A DNA stretch of 63,600 bases, filler included, from Reclinomonas americana ATCC 50394 (GCA_048213135.1; 16 parts of 16 records of this genome joined end to end with filler, not necessarily neighbours in it); one strand, 5' to 3'. Shown: positions 23,321-39,665, counted from the whole stretch's first letter. Notes: generated by a model from the letters alone, not told the origin. Numbers and translations are program-made.

Positions 23321-25817
23321 TGTACCCGCACTTTCTTTCACTCAACTCGTCTCCTTGTTCGCATGTGCTATTGAGTCAGAAGAGAACTCCGCGCGTGTTC
23401 TCTTGCTCAGAGTTCTTCTGTGCTTGTCTTCTTCTCTCTTCTCTTCCTTCTCTCTTTCTCTATCTCTCTTCTCTTCTCTTCTCTTCTCTTCTCTCTCTCT
23501 CTCTCTCTCTCTTCGCGTGTGCTCAGTGGTGTTCTGACTTCCCTTTTATCACTCACCCGTCCCCATTTCTTGCAGACGAGCACAGCCGCATCATCACCCT
23601 CCTTGACCGCCCCGTCAACCTGCAATCGCACATTGACGGCCTGCTGCAGCAGGATGAGCACTTCCAGGAGATGCTGCGCGACACCGTGCGCTTCCACCGA
23701 GACATGTACACCTCAGTTGCGTCTCTCACAAACCCACCTATCCTGCCGTCTCTCCAGTCGCCCTCTTTCTTCACCCTCACCTCCTTGTCTTTCTGCTCTG
23801 TAGCATCTCTCACAAACCCACCCATCCTGTCGATCACTATCTTTCTCCATTCGCCCTCTTTCTTCGCTCGCACTATATGCTTTCCTCCTTGTCTTTCTGC
23901 TCAGTTGTGTCTCTCACTTGCCCCACCTATCCTGCCGATCACTGTCTCTCTCCATTCGCCTTCTTTCTTAGCCCTCACCTCCTTGTCATTCTGCTCAGTA
24001 GCGTCTCTCACTAACCCACCCTTCCTGTCTCTCCATTCACCCTCTTTCTTAGCCCTCACTCTCTGCTTTCCTTGTCTTTCTGCTCATCCCCTCTGTGTTT
24101 CAACGCTCCATCCACTCCCTCACGTTCTTATCGCAATTCATGCTGTCTGTTTCATGTCTCCCCCCTTCCCCCTTCCCCCTTCCCCTTACCAACCCTTCCC
24201 CCTCCCTAGGACGCCGACGCAGGCCGCAAAAAACAAGTCGTCCTCGCCGCCATCCTCAAAGTCCTCCTCCGCGAATCCCTCACCGTCTCCGACGTCTACT
24301 CCCGCAAAGTCTTCATCGAGCGCGTCTACAACTGGTACCGCGACCACCGCAAGAACCTCTTCGAGGAGCAAATGGTGAAGAGACCCGTGCGCCCCGTCAG
24401 CGCCCCACTGCGACCGGGAGCGCGTGCCGAGTTTCGTGCTACTACAGAACTCTTCTTTCAGCAGGAGAGATAGAGTTCATCAAGAGATGATTTCGTTTAT
24501 TCATCAAGACAGTGTGTCTTTGAGAAAGAGATTCATTCTTTATCGGGAGAGGGTTTCGAGAGAGGGTTTCTTTTTCAGCGAGAGTGTTTCTTTTCCTTCC
24601 TTTGAGAGAGAATTTCTTCGTTCTTTCACCAATAGAGAGTTTCTGTAATTCTTCTCTGAGAGAGCGTTTCTTTCCTTTCTTTCTTTGAGTGAGGGGTTTT
24701 TCTTTCTTTGAGAGAGAGGGTTTCTTTTTTCTCTGAGATAGAGTTTCTTTCTATCTTTGACAGAGCGTTTCTTCTTTCTTTGAGAGAGAGGGTTTCTTTT
24801 CTTTTCTTTCTTTGAGAGAGGGTTTCTTCTTTCTTTGAGAGAGGGTTTCTTTGTTTGAGAGAGGGTTTCTTTGTTCCGTCAATAGAGACTTTCTTTTCTG
24901 TCTTTGAGAGAGAGACATTCTTTCTTTCTCTGACATAGAGTTTCTTTATTTGTTTGAGAGAGGGTTTCTTTCTTTCGTCAAGAGAGAGCGGCTTTTCCTT
25001 CATCATAAGAGAGTCTCTGTCCTTTCTTTGAGAGAGAGTTTCTTTCGTTCTTTCAGAAAGAAAGAGAGAGTTTCTTCTTTCTTTATCAGAGAGAGTTTCT
25101 TTCTGTTTTTCAGCATGAGAGAGTGTCACTTGCTTTCTTCAAGAGAGGGTTTCTTTCCTTCGTCAAGAGAGAGCCGCAATTCCTTCATCATAAGAGTCTC
25201 TGTCCTTTCTTTGAGAGAGAGTTTCTTTCATTCTTTCAGAAAGAGAGAGAGAGAGTTTCTTCTTTTCTTTGAGAGGGTTTCTTTCTTTCCTCTCTTTGAG
25301 ATAGAGCTCCTTTCCCTTCTTTGCTCACCCCCTTCCCCTTTCCCCTCATAAAGGGTGGTGACACCCACCTTCCAAAGCGCCCGCGGAACGGGCCACTCGA
25401 TGACCCCCAGCAACGCCGCTTTAGCGGCCGCCGGTGCCGGCGGTGCCCGGGCGGCGCCATCGTGGGCCAGCGAGACGGCCACCACCTTTGACTTTGGCGG
25501 CTTTGACGACGACGACGACGATTTGGAGTTTCTGGTCGACGGCACCGGCGACGCGCAGCAAGCGTGGGGATCACCAAAGGGCGGTGCCTCGCGCCTGGAG
25601 CGATTACCGCTGAGCTCGCGCATGCAGCTGCCCGTGGAGGAGATGCGCAAGCAGGCCAAGGAGCGGTTCGAGNNNNNNNNNNNNNNNNNNNNNNNNNNNN
25701 NNNNNNNNNNNNNNNNTTAATTAATTAANNNNNNNNNNNNNNNNNNNNNNNNNNNNNNNNNNNNNNNNNNNNAGTGAGATTGTCGAATACGTTTGGTCGT
25801 GTGCGTTTGTCTCCTTC

Positions 25818-25858
<41 letters not shown>

Positions 25859-26979
25859 TGTGGGCTCTCCTGCTCTCTTCGATTGAGTTTTCTTGACTCG
25901 CTCCCTCTCTCTCTTTCCCTCTGCTTGTCTCTCGCTCTCTCTCTCGCTGCAGAACATGTGCTGTCATTGTGTCTTCTCATGACACTCTCTCCCTCCGCCC
26001 TACATACTATAGTTGTGCACTTACTTGCAATCCCACTCGCGCCTCGTTCCGCCTTTATCCGCATTCTCACTTCTCTCTGCATCTGTGTGGGCTCCCCTGC
26101 TCTCTTCGATTGAGTTTTCTTGTCTCTCTCCCTTCTCTCTCTTTTCTCTATTTGTCTCTCTCTCTCTCTCTTGTTGCAGAAGATGTGCTGTCTCTCGTGA
26201 CACTCTCTCCCTCCACTCTGCGTCCATTTGTGTACTGTTCCTTGCATTCTCTTTCGCACCTCGCTCCACCTTCATTCTCATCCTCTCTTTCCTCTCTCTA
26301 CCTCTCTTTCTTGCTACTTTTCTCTCTTCTCTCTGTTTCTTTCTCTCCATTTCGCTCTTCTTCTCTCTTCCTTCTCTCACTCTCACTCCGTTCCGCCCCC
26401 GTCCTCATTCTTTCTAGCTTACATTTCCTGGTCTCATTCTCTCGTTCACCCTTCCCTTCTCTCCTCCTCCCTTTCCCTTTTGTTGACACCTCCGTCCGCG
26501 TAGACACGGTGACCTTCGAAGTCAAGCATCGCAAGCCGGATGTGCCGAGCGAGATGGACAAGTCGGTGAGTGCCGACAAACCCCACTTCCTGTCTCTCCG
26601 CATGCCCTGACACGCGTACACAGATTGCCGATCGCTTCATCAACTCCAAGCTGCCGCCGTCCGACTTTAGAACGCAGCAGATTCAGGAGTGCCAGGCCAT
26701 CAAGGAGCGCTTTGCCAAGTACAATATTCCCATTGCGCTGGCCACCATCCAGCGGTGAGCTTCCATCTCTCTTCCTCTCTTCTTCTCATTGACTCACCTT
26801 ATTTGCGCAGTGCAATTTTGTTGCCGGAGGACCGCCTGTACGAGGACTGTGTGAACATGTTGCCGGACACCAGCAGCCGCTTGATGCGTGACTCGACCGC
26901 ACCGGTGAAGAAGGCCAAGGCCACCACCAAGGGCAAGAAGGGCAAGGGCAAGAAGGGTGGCAAGAAGAAGAAGAAGTAG
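23049..26979 (+). CDS. Multi-exon protein of unknown function with Lys-rich C-terminal tail, possibly flagellar; spans a gap and lacks its 5' end
   Basis: GC-rich exons sit between CT-rich introns (KVFIERVYNWYRDH; QQIQECQAIKERFAKYNIPIALATIQRAILLPEDRLYEDCVNMLP..KKGKGKKGGKKKKK-TAG). Continuity across gap 25673 is assumed. Confidence 0.6.
23713..24086. repeat. Intronic minisatellite, four degenerate 85-105-nt units
   Basis: Repeating CAGTWGCGTCTCTCAC..ACCCACCYATCCTG..CTCCATTCGCCCTCTTTCTT..CCTTGTCTTTCTGCTC. Confidence 0.85.
24440..25320. repeat. Degenerate intronic array of short (T)TTGAGAGAGRGTTTCTTTC-like units
   Basis: Dozens of GAGAG(A/G)GTTTCTT variants, plus a ~85-nt internal duplication (~25001-25090 and ~25186-25270). 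Confidence 0.75.
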
Positions 26980-27272
26980 TGATGACTCGCGCGGGGGCAG
27001 GGCGCGAGTTTATGTTGCGAGGTGATTAATGTATTCTGTTTTTGTGAAGAGGGGTGAGGAGGAGAAGAGAAGGGGGAGGATGAGCAGGGGATTGAGGAGA
27101 AGGAGGAAAAGCAACATGCTCAAGAAGGAAGACTGACTTGACAAACAATGGATTACTTTCTGTAAGCCGTGAAGGAAGAGCACCGTTCAGGGTACAGCAA
27201 GCATCTCTTCAAGACGCAACAAGTTCGAGGTGTATTCTTCCCTGCACAACACCCTCTCATCACACCAACACC

Positions 27273-28266
27273 TCACTGACTGCCGCCCGTCTGCGACGCT
27301 GGCGCAATCGACAGGAACCACCGATCCACGTCGTCGCAGTGGCTGTTCCAGATCGGGTCGAACTCCTCCCATGACAGCACAAAGCCGCCAGCTGCGATTT
27401 GGAATGAGAACATACGCACTTCTCGCTCGTTCACTCGATGTTATTCGCGCTGCAACCTCATATCTCTCACTCTTTTGCGTTCCTTCTCTTTCATCTCCCG
27501 CTTCCTTCTTTCCCTGCCTGTCTCAATCGCCCAGTTCCTTTCACTCACTGTCTCGCCTTTCTGCAACGTCCCCACAGTCATACTCTCCGTCCTCGCTCCC
27601 TCGCATCCTGTCCATCTCGTTCTCTCTCTCTTTTCCACAGTCTCCTTTCAACCCTCACTTTCTGTTTCTCGTTATTCCCTCTCTTCTTCATCAGCTCGCT
27701 CTCTCTCGCTCACACACACAGTCTCGTTCATTACTCACACTCGCTCACTCATCATCATCACTCTCACATTCAAGTCATATTCTCACGCGTTCTCTGCAGC
27801 TGCCACCCACGTCACACCTGGGAGTTCCTCCTCTCTTGCGCTTTCTCAGAGACTCTCCCCTCACGTTCTGATTTCTCTCCTCTCTTCTCTCGCCCTCTCT
27901 CCCTCAGATCTCTCCTTCTCGCTTTCTCTCCCACTCCCACACTCCGTTCATCTGCATTCTTCTCACTCCGCGTCTCCCCCCACCTCTCTCTCACTCTCTT
28001 GCCTTCTCTCTCTCTCTNNNNNNNNNNNNNNNNNNNNNNNNNNNNNNNNNNNNNNNNNNNNTTAATTAATTAANNNNNNNNNNNNNNNNNNNNNNNNNNN
28101 NNNNNNNNNNNNNNNNNTTCCTTCCTCTACTTACGTCCGTACCTACGTCGTCGTACGGTACCGGTACCGGACGGGACGGTAGGTACGGTACGGTACGTAC
28201 GACGACGTCGTACCTCCTCCTACCTCCTCTCTCTCTCTCTCTCTCCTCCTCCTCCTCCCTCCCTCC

Positions 28267-28352
<86 letters not shown>

Positions 28353-29347
28353 TCCTCAACCACCCACTCTTCACCTTTAATTTCTCCTCCCTTTCCCCTC
28401 TTCCCCCTTTCCCTCCTTCCCCTTCCCCCTCTATCCCTTTCCCTACTTTACCCTTTCCGAGCCAATACGGCGCCCCACTCTCCGGATCCCTCTCGGAGAA
28501 ACACACCGCTGGATCGACAATGTGCACCTCAAACAGCGCACCACCATCCCCATCGCACCCGTGAATCACATCAAAGTGCGTGCCCCCGCGCATCCGGAAG
28601 CACGTACGAATGTCGACCACCACCAGGCGCCCACGTTGCACCTCGCCACGAATCACCTCGGCACACTCGGCACTGGTCGCCTGCGTGCCCAACTCGCGCT
28701 GGTACACCACCGACGCCGGATCCGCGGTGTCGCACGAGTCACCACCGGGCACGAAATGCTGCGCGATCTTCGTGAGGTTATACGGTGCCGTGAACACGCC
28801 GGCCGGATCGTCGGGCAGGAACAGCTCCTGCTCCAGTCCGTACATCAATACATCGCGCAACTGAGAAGGCACAGGGTTAGGGCAATCAATGAGAACCGGT
28901 GAGCGGACGACTAAAACGCAACTTGCACCGCATATCCGAGCCCGCGCAACGCCATGTACAATGCCGTCGGACCGCACGCACTGAAGCAGCAGTTGTCAGA
29001 CAATGAGTAAATATACTTGCGCAAACAAGCTGGCCTCAACAACCACGGAGCACATAACACAGCAAATGCTCAGTCTCTCTCTCCCTTCAACCTTTCTCTC
29101 TGTGTGCGAGCGTGACCCCTCTTACAAACCACGGCAGTGCCTTGCTCTCATCGCGAGGATCGCGCAAAAAGTGCTGATCGACAATGTCGGTCAGTGTGGG
29201 CTTGCCAATGAATGTGGGCGAGAACGAGGCCGCGGACTTGACGGCGATCTCCGCGCCGGCTTCCAGGGCGGCGGCACTGGCGGCGACGACAGCCGCGTCG
29301 AGCGAGGAGGCGACGAGGGAGGAGGCGACGAGAGACGCTTCGCTCAT
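27273..29347 (-). CDS. Peptidase C39-like (papain-fold) cysteine protease, spliced
   Basis: Exons give DQHF..ACGPTALYMALRGLGY (catalytic Cys), GRLVVVDI..GGTHFDVIHGCD (His), VHIVDP (Asp) and a last exon FVLSWEEFDPIWNS ending in TGA at 27273-27275. ATG at 29347. Confidence 0.75.
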
Positions 29348-29812
29348 GAGCAAGAGGTCGAGTGAGAGATTGTTTGTGGACAGTGCTTGATTGGACAAGA
29401 GGACACTTGACGTGCGTCTATTATTGCTCTTGCAACTGCAGGCGATGCCGGTTCTGGTGCTGAACCTTGGTGGCGAGATGTTGTGTTCTCGATGAGAGGC
29501 TTCGCTCGTGAGCGAGAGTGGAGGATGATTGTGGACACTGGACAATTGCAAGAGGACACTCTTTTATTGTTCTTGCAAGAATGGCGTCTCTGCAGGCGAT
29601 GCCGGTCCTAGTGCTCAACCTCGATGGCAAGATGCTGCACATTCTCGATCAGGCTTCGCTCGTGACGATTGTGGACATGTGACTCCGGACAAGAGGACAC
29701 TCGACGCGCGGCTTTTTTTGTTTTTTCTCGCAAGAATGGCGTCTCTGCAGGCGATGCCTTTCTTGGTGCTCAACCTCGGTGGCGAGATGTTGTACATTCT
29801 CGATCAGAGGCT
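29337..29812. repeat. Triplicated ~155-nt unit containing the divergent promoter plus the first codons of both flanking genes; two OSCP1 exon-1 copies are decayed
   Basis: Three copies of GCTTCGCTCRTGA..TTGTGGACA..CAAGAGGACACT..CTGCAGGCGATGCC..GTGCTSAACCT..GAGATGYTG..TTCTCGAT. Confidence 0.9.
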
Positions 29813-30550
29813 GCATGCGCAACAGATCCCCGTCGAGAAGGCTCACAGAGGTGCATGTCGCGCGCGCGCAACGCACTCACCAGCTCAGAGAGACCGACGC
29901 ACACTGCGCTCCTCTCCTCCCTCTACTCTCTCTTTCTTCCTCTTTCACTCACTCTTTCGCACACTTTACACACTATTTCTCTCACTTGTCTCCACTCCTT
30001 GCTCTCGCTTGCTCTCTCTCTCTCTCTCTNNNNNNNNNNNNNNNNNNNNNNNNNNNNNNNNNNNNNNNNNNNNTTAATTAATTAANNNNNNNNNNNNNNN
30101 NNNNNNNNNNNNNNNNNNNNNNNNNNNNNTGTGTTGTGTGCGTGTAGGGCGCCGAGCAAATCGCCGCACTGGCGGGCGACGCCACCAAGGCCACCACGCA
30201 GTTGAACCATCTGGCCAGCCTCATCAATCCGCGCAGCAGCGACGTCTCGAAGGATCACTTCTTGATCAACTTGTTTGCCGAGTGCGTCCTCTTCCTACCC
30301 GTGCTTCTCTTTCACCACTTCCTTACCTTACTTCCCCCACAGCGACCAGCCAGACGAGGTGACCACCGAAAAAGTGTCGTCGCCGACCTCTCACGCACGG
30401 CACTTCTTTGTCGACGCATCGGGTCGCGACGAGGCGGCGGCGTCGCAACTGCGTGACATTATGTCGTCGCTGAATGTGGGCGGCTCGTCGGGCAGCAAGG
30501 CGCCGACCGACGAGGAGAGCTCGCTGTTGGATCTGGTGGACCGAGACTGA
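29736..30550 (+). CDS. OSCP1: Organic solute carrier partner 1 (cilia-associated); middle exons in gap
   Basis: MASLQAMPFLVLNLGGEMLYILDQRLHAQQIPVEKA (OSCP1 N-terminus). C-terminal QLNHLASLI..FLINLF..LRDIMSSL..SSLLDLVDRD. Confidence 0.92.
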
Positions 30551-30709
30551 CGGATTGACCGGGCAGGGGAGGGGAGGAGTTGTCTATCATGGGTCTGCAC
30601 AAAAAGAAAGTACACGTTTCCGGAGTTTCATGTAAGCCTAGTGTTTGTTGCGTTGCGGTTTTACTATGGGAAGAGAATAGGAGGTGGCTGGCGGGGCGCT
30701 CCGCTTCCG

Positions 30710-34491
<3,782 letters not shown>

Positions 34492-35064
34492 TGTTGTGTT
34501 CAACGAGTGGGGGACAGTGACAGTTGCGCGCGAGTCTGACTGTCCAACGTGTCACAATAGTTGCTGCGGTAAGCGATTCTCTTTGCTCTCACACGATGCA
34601 CTGAGGGGAGGTAGTGGAGATACTAATGCCACAATCGGTGCTGCTTGATCGCGCAAGGAACGAAAGATGGCTGCGAAGGGACAAAGGACAATCCGCGTAA
34701 CTGTCCAAGTTCTCACACGATTGGACGCGGTGGGCGGTTTACTTCGCTCCCGCACGATGCACAGAGCGCAGACAGCTGATACACCGCCAAGAGCTACAGC
34801 GCAACTTGATCTTGCAAGAAACAAAAAGATCGCATGCAGGGACAAAGGCGCGCGAGCGCGACTGTCCTGCCTCTCACACCATTCGCCACAGTGCGCGATT
34901 TTCTTCGCTCCTTCTCGCTCCCAGCACACTGCTAGCAGAAATACCACCACCGGCAATAGCGCGTCTTGATCACACCAGGAACGAGCTGTGGCGACTGCGC
35001 GGACAAAGGACAAACCGCGGCTATTGTCCAGACTTCTCACACGTGCACACCATTTTTCGCAATC

Positions 35065-37492
35065 ATGCTTGCACGCAGAGCTCTGCTGCTCCCTTCGCTC
35101 GTCATGCGCCGCTTCAGCAGCGGCGTGAACGTCTCCGCTGCGGCCGCCGCTGCTGGTGGTGCGGCTCATGGTGTGTCGCACGGGCATGGATCTTCGTCGC
35201 ATGCTGCCGAGAACCCGCTGGATGCGCTCAGCGACGAGCAAGTGCTGGCGCAGTTGCGCTCGGGCGAAGTGCTGCCGTACAATCTGGAGAAGGGCCTCAG
35301 CTCGCCGGAGCGCGCTGTCACCCTGCGCCGCAAGTTTTTGAGTTGCGTGCTTACTCTCATCGCTTGCCATGCCACTCTCCTCTTTGTTCAGGCCACCCGT
35401 TTCTCTCCTCCGTCTTCCTCTTCTGTCCTTCTGCACGTGCACGCCCCCAACGATCGCTGCACTCGTGCGCTTGTGAGTCACGGAGTGAGTGAGAGTGAGA
35501 GAGCGGACATTTCCGACGGCTCTGCCTTGTTCTGGCGCGCGCCACCAGCGAGAGGCACAGATTCATCATGTGCATGTGCATACACACAGAGACACATGCG
35601 CAGTTGCACACGCACACGTGTGCGTGTTTGTCAGAATGTGTATTTTTGCAACTGGGGACCTCCTATCTGTATCAGCTGCTCACCAATCACTCTCGCCTCA
35701 GGCACGGATAACCCATCGGTGGCCAACATCCCGCACTTGGACTACAAGTTCGACTATGCCTCTGTGCTGGGTCAGGTGCGTGCGAGGTTGAGTGGCGTTT
35801 TTGGCAAGCAGGGCGACTAATCTTCCGCAACACACTCGCTCAGTGCTGTGAGAATGTGGTGGGCTTTGTGACGTTGCCGGTGGGTGTGGCCGGTCCGCTG
35901 CTCATTGATGGCATTGATTACACGATTCCCATGGCGACTACGGAGGGTGAGCGTGACTGCAGTTGTCTTTTTTCGTCCGAGCATGAAAGGCTGACTCGCC
36001 TGCGCAGGTGCTCTGCTTGCCTCGGTGCATCGTGGATGCAAGGCGTTGACTGTGGCTGGTGAGTGAGTGAAGGAGGGGAGGGACGAGGGAGTGACGGAGG
36101 GAGGGAGTGTGTGCATCTTCATCTCTCCCCCTCTCCTTCTCTCTGTGCCTGTTGCACTCTGCGCGTTGCCAATGTACTCTTTGTGCTCTTTATGTGGCCA
36201 CAGCTGTGCTCTCTCTCTCTCTCTCTCCCCTCCTTCTCTATTTGTGCCTGTTGCACTCTGTGTGTACTCTTTGTACCCTTGGAAGACAGAAAGAGGGAGG
36301 GAATGTGNNNNNNNNNNNNNNNNNNNNNNNNNNNNNNNNNNNNNNNNNNNNTTAATTAATTAANNNNNNNNNNNNNNNNNNNNNNNNNNNNNNNNNNNNN
36401 NNNNNNNGGAGAGAGGGGAGAGGGAGAGGGAGAGGGTTGGTCTCTAGCTCTTCACTCGCTTTGTCTCTTTCGTTTCTCTCGTTTTCCGCAAGTGTGTGAT
36501 GTGTAGTTTTCTTTTGAGTCACTCACCCTTCCACGCCAACTTGTACTCCCATACTTACATGTGTTTGCCATCGCGTCACTCGTTTCACAGCACTGCGACC
36601 TTCGTGCTCTCGCTCTCTCTCCCTCTTGCTTCACCTTCTCTTTCTTCAATTCTCTCACTCTCGTTCTCTCTGACGCTCTCCGTTCCTCTCTCCCTCACTC
36701 TTCCATTCTCTCGCTCACTTGGTTGCTTCCTATGCCTCTCTTCGTTATGAGTCTTTCTTCTGTTCTCTCGCTCTCCGCAAACGTGCATGACTCATCCTTC
36801 GTGTCTCTACTCTGCTTCTGCGCTTTTCCCCCGCGCGCTCTCTCTCGCTCGCTCGGTCGCTCTCTGTTACTCTCTCTCTCTCTCGCTCTCAGCTTTTGTT
36901 TCATTCACTTCCTTGACACCTGTTTCTCCGCACTGCCCATCTCTCTCTCTCTCTCTCACTCTGTGCGTGGCGTGTTGCTTTCTCATCTTGCTGCAGTCGA
37001 TGTTACTCCCACACTTACGCGTTCACCTGTCACGTTATCACTCGTTTTCCCTCTCCCTGTCCCTCACCCTCTCCCCCTCCCTCACCCTCTCCCCCTCCCT
37101 CTCCCTCACCATTCCCCTTCCCTCATTCGCGCAGGATCGGCGATGACCTGCACGTGTCGTGCACGATGCCGTCGGTGGAAGTCGGCACGGTGGGCGGCGG
37201 CACCAACTTGCCACCACAGGTAAATTGTGGCCATCTCTCGTTAACAAATCGCCATCAACTCACACACGTGCACTCTCTCTCCACGCACACACAGAGCGCC
37301 TGCTTGGAGATGCTGGGCGTCAAGGGTGCCGCGCCAGTGGCTGGAGAGAATGCCAGCCGATTGGCGCGCATCGTGTGCGCCACGGTAATGGCGGGAGAAC
37401 TGTCGCTCATCTCGGCTCTTGCCGCCGGTCACCTGCTGCGTGCGCACATTGCGCTCAATCGCAAGAAGGCAGGTCCCGCGGCCAAGAAGTAA
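35065..37492 (+). CDS. HMGR: Class I HMG-CoA reductase, soluble form with putative mitochondrial presequence; central exons in gap
   Basis: [81 protein letters not shown]. Only ~50 aa precede the catalytic domain. Confidence 0.95.
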
Positions 37493-37697
37493 CGCGTCTC
37501 GTTTTTCTACCCGCTCTTTTTGTTTATAATTCAATGCTGTAGACCTCCCCTCTCTCCTTCCTTTCTTCCTCTTCTTGCACCCCCTCCACCGATTTTGTAC
37601 AAAGCTTATTTTCTTGACGTGTGAGGCGAACATCGACAAACATAAACGATGATTTGTACATGGCGCTTACACTAAAAGTATCCTTCGTTCTTCCTCA

Positions 37698-39572
37698 TTA
37701 TATGGGTTCGGGGACCTCGGCGCGCGGACTGCTGAGTTCGTACAGCTCCGACACGGGCTGATTCGGGTCCTCGCCCGTGTCCACATACATGCGCTCGGCG
37801 TAGCTGGTGGTCTGCGCCGCGCGTGAGGCCAGCGTGCTGCCCTCCAGCCCGAACGAAACACGCAAATCGGTGAGTCGCCAAATGGGAATGGTGGACTCGG
37901 CGGAGGGGCCGAGGTTGTGTCGCGAGAGAGCGGCCGCCAGCCGCTGCTCCACCGTACGCAAAATCTCAGGCAGCTCGCCAAAGGACGCCCGCGTGGCCTC
38001 CACTTGACGCCACGTGTATTCCAGCACCGCTGCGTGCAGCTGCGGAAAAGGGGAAGCGTGAGTCTACTGCACACGGGGAGGGGCGGGGAGACTGTGGCGC
38101 GTACCTCGTGGAACAGCACCGGGAGTGTGTGGTAGGCGGAGGCTCGACATACGAATGCAAACACAGCATTCGGCATCAATCTCTGCAGCGGCGTCAGCGG
38201 GCTTGTCGGTGTCGGTGGCGACGGCGGAGCGGCGGCCGACGGCAGTACACTCATCGACGACAGAGTCACGTGCAGCGACAGGGACGAGCGACCGGCGATG
38301 GGTGGCGATTCGGCGCCAGACACGACCGATTCCAAGAATGCTTGTGGGTGGGAATGCAGAGAAGGAGAGGGAGAGGGAGGAGAGAAGAGAAGGGTAAGGA
38401 TGTGGGGAAGGAGGATGAGGAGGAACGGAGAGGAGGATGGAAAAGAAGAAGAAAAATGAGACAAGAAGAGGAGTAGAAATGGAGGACGAGGAGAAGTCGA
38501 CATGCAGTAGGAGAAGTAAAGAAGACAAACGAGGAAGAAGAGAAAGAAACACGATGACAGCACAGCAACAGCAAAAGCAAGAACAACAACAACTATAACA
38601 ATGACAAGAACAACAACGACAACGATGAGCTGCAAATGCAGTAACGACGACAATAAACAGCGACAGCACAACAACGACGACAGCAACAGCAGCAGCAGCA
38701 GCGACTGAAACAACACCACCACCACCAACAACAACAGCAACTGAAACAACCACAACAACAACAACAGCAAGAATAACAACGACGACGACGACAGCAAAAG
38801 CAGCAGCAACAACAACAGCAGCAGCAGCAGCAACAGCAACACCAACAAGAAGAAGAAGAGCAAGAGGACCACCAGCAAAACAATCCACCACCACCACCAC
38901 CACGATGGAATGCGGCAGCTAAATCTCACTCACCAGTGGTCATTTGCGACATGGAAACGAGCATGTTGGTCACCAGGCTGTCTACGCAGTGAGTATGGCG
39001 CATGAACCGAGGAATATGCGTGCACAAAGCACGACGCAACATGCTCGTGCGCGCCAGTGGAAAATTGCGCGTCGCCAGCATGAGTTCCGTGAGAGCTCGA
39101 TGGTTCTCTACAAAGTGCGCCAACTGGTGCAACGGGAGGATGCCACTGCTGCGCAGATCGTCTGCCGGATCCGGTGACTGGAGGGGAGGGGAGACGCGCA
39201 GTGACATGGCAATTGTTGAGCAAGGTCATTTGCTGCTCTTCAGCTTCGTCTGTCTTTCTCTCGTCCTGTCTATGATGCACCCCTCTCATCGTGATCCTCT
39301 GCTCACGCTAGTTCTCTCTCTCTCGCTCTTTCTATCTCTCTCTCTCCCTTTCTATGACGCTTCTCGTTGTCCTTCTGTCGAAGTACTTCTCTCTGTCGCT
39401 CTCTTCCAATTATGTTGCTCTTTGCAGTTCTCTCGTTGTGCTCTCTCTCACTCCCTCACGCTCTTTCTGTCTCTCTCCCTTTCAATGACGCTCTCTTGTG
39501 TCGTTCTCGAAGTGCTTCTCTCTGTCGATCTCTTCCAATCATGCTCCTCTTTGCAGTTCTCTCGTTGCGCTC

Positions 39573-39665
<93 letters not shown>

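Noticed and set aside
28118..28225. Odd TACG-rich quasi-palindromic sequence (also 21322-21351 and 39766-39870)
   Set aside because: Found only at contig ends beside microsatellites and cycling through T-A-C-G. This fits pyrosequencing flow-order noise.
37678..37685. GTATCCTT, a U12-type donor consensus
   Set aside because: Lies in the spacer between convergent stop codons, not at an exon boundary.
37667..38929. Long Leu/Ser-rich or hydrophobic ORFs (also 23158-24378, 59594-60475, 42387-43391 N-terminal part)
   Set aside because: Translations of stop-poor CT/GTT microsatellite introns, not membrane proteins.
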